DNA of 64,000 bases from Octopus vulgaris (Eukaryota), in assembly GCA_951406725.2 (NCBI GenBank), contig OX597814.1:190836001-190900000 (forward strand), read 5' to 3'. This document shows, piece by piece, positions 62,875 through 64,000 of this stretch. Made by a program: the position numbers and the translations under genes. Positions within the stretch are counted from its first letter, which is position 1; every line of letters begins with the position of its first letter. The notes under the pieces were generated by a model. The model had not been told where the DNA came from. It did no database searches and worked only from the letters and a program-made list of their open reading frames with translations.

Positions 62875-63268
62875 TCTTTATATATAAAACTGTAGTTGTG
62901 TGAGTGTCTGTCCCCTTCGATTTAGATTCCTAACTACTCCCACATTTTGCGGTGCAGTTTAACCAAAACTGGGTATCCTATAGTCGTGATTCATATCGAG
63001 CCCTTCTGGGTATTAGTGCTTGTCTATGATGAGTTACGATTTTAAAAATAATTTACCATCACTTTTTTTCCATTTTCATGCATATTTTTTTAAAGGGAAG
63101 TAACTCTCTAAAAATGTCTACGATGAGTCAACGATTTAAAAAAAAATTTACCATCATATTTTTTCCATTTTAAATGCATTTTTTTGCTATTTTTTGGCTA
63201 TAACTCTCTAAAAATGCTGTATAGTTATTTCCCTTACAAACCCGAGCAACGCCGGGCGATACTGCTAG
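62875..63268 (+). mobile_element. Non-autonomous Helitron-like element
   Basis: 5' TC; 3' hairpin + CTAG|T; last about 100 bp nearly identical to 12530-12632. Confidence 0.7.
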
Positions 63269-64000
63269 TATATATATATATATAAAAATACAGTAAAACA
63301 TTAATGGCAAGTGAACCGAGTACCTGTGGAGTATAATATATTATTTTAACGAAAGCAAAAGAGAAAAAAAAATACATATACAAACACAAAGGAAAAATAA
63401 ACAAAAACAAATAGCTTCCAACTTGTAACATTTATTCAAAAGCAAAATTTGAATATAGTATAAGAAAATGTTTCAAGCAAAAATTATTTTACGCCATGAA
63501 TATATTCTGCAGAGGTGAACTTTTTAGCTTGCAAGGCAAACTTATTTCTTTTGGGAACACTGACATCAGATTTAAAAAAAAATTTTCCATGTTCCATCAA
63601 TGACAAACGAACTCTGACCCCATGTAACCACACTATGCAGAAAGAGGGAAAACACTTGGCGTTAGCCAGTCATACAGCCACAACTGCTGCCACTGTTTTT
63701 TGTTTTGTTTTGTATTTTTTGTTGGGATTTTTTTTTTTTTAAATTCTCAAATTTAATTATTATTTTTTTTTTATTGTTCAGTAATGTAATTTTAGTTTAT
63801 GTCTTCAATGACTATTAGTGACCCTCACAAAACACCAAACACATATCGATACTATTTATAGACTGAACTGTCAAGATGATGATTCACTTAGAAGGAACAC
63901 TGTACCCTCTATTTAAAAACCAAACCTAGGCACATACTTTTAGAAGGGGGGTGGGAGATGGAGTGGGAGTGTGGTTGATATATATATATATAAAAAAAAA

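Overview
Eukaryotic, AT-rich, repeat-saturated animal genomic DNA. The SINE repertoire, (TA)n/(TG)n/(ATT)n microsatellites and Penelope/RTE/CR1/R4 content point to an octopus (coleoid cephalopod) genome; this is inference, not a database match. Almost all ORFs in the supplied track are artefacts of microsatellites and SINEs. Two host genes are supported on the + strand. (1) The terminal coding exon of a CEP95-like centrosomal protein (7036-7221); its splice acceptor has been tandemly duplicated five times and its last intron holds a near-full-length CR1 LINE. (2) A spliced gene absent from the ORF track (coding exons 49766-49850, 54613-54697, 57360-57675; probable non-coding first exon ending at 45401). 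It encodes a 161-aa single-pass membrane protein with a very short glycosylatable ectodomain and a tail of tyrosine motifs (YDDF, YETP, YGNT, YMNM), which is the architecture of a transmembrane immune-signalling adaptor. Between the two genes lies a solo LTR packed with heat-shock, NF-kB, CRE and NRF1 motifs. The rest is transposon debris: Tc1/mariner, pogo, hAT, piggyBac-like MITEs, Helitrons, a Gypsy fragment, R4/Dong, RTE, Penelope-like fragments with degenerate hammerhead-ribozyme motifs and fold-back palindromes, and several modular SINE families. TE boundaries are approximate unless TIRs or TSDs are quoted. No CRISPR, rRNA or true tRNA genes were found.
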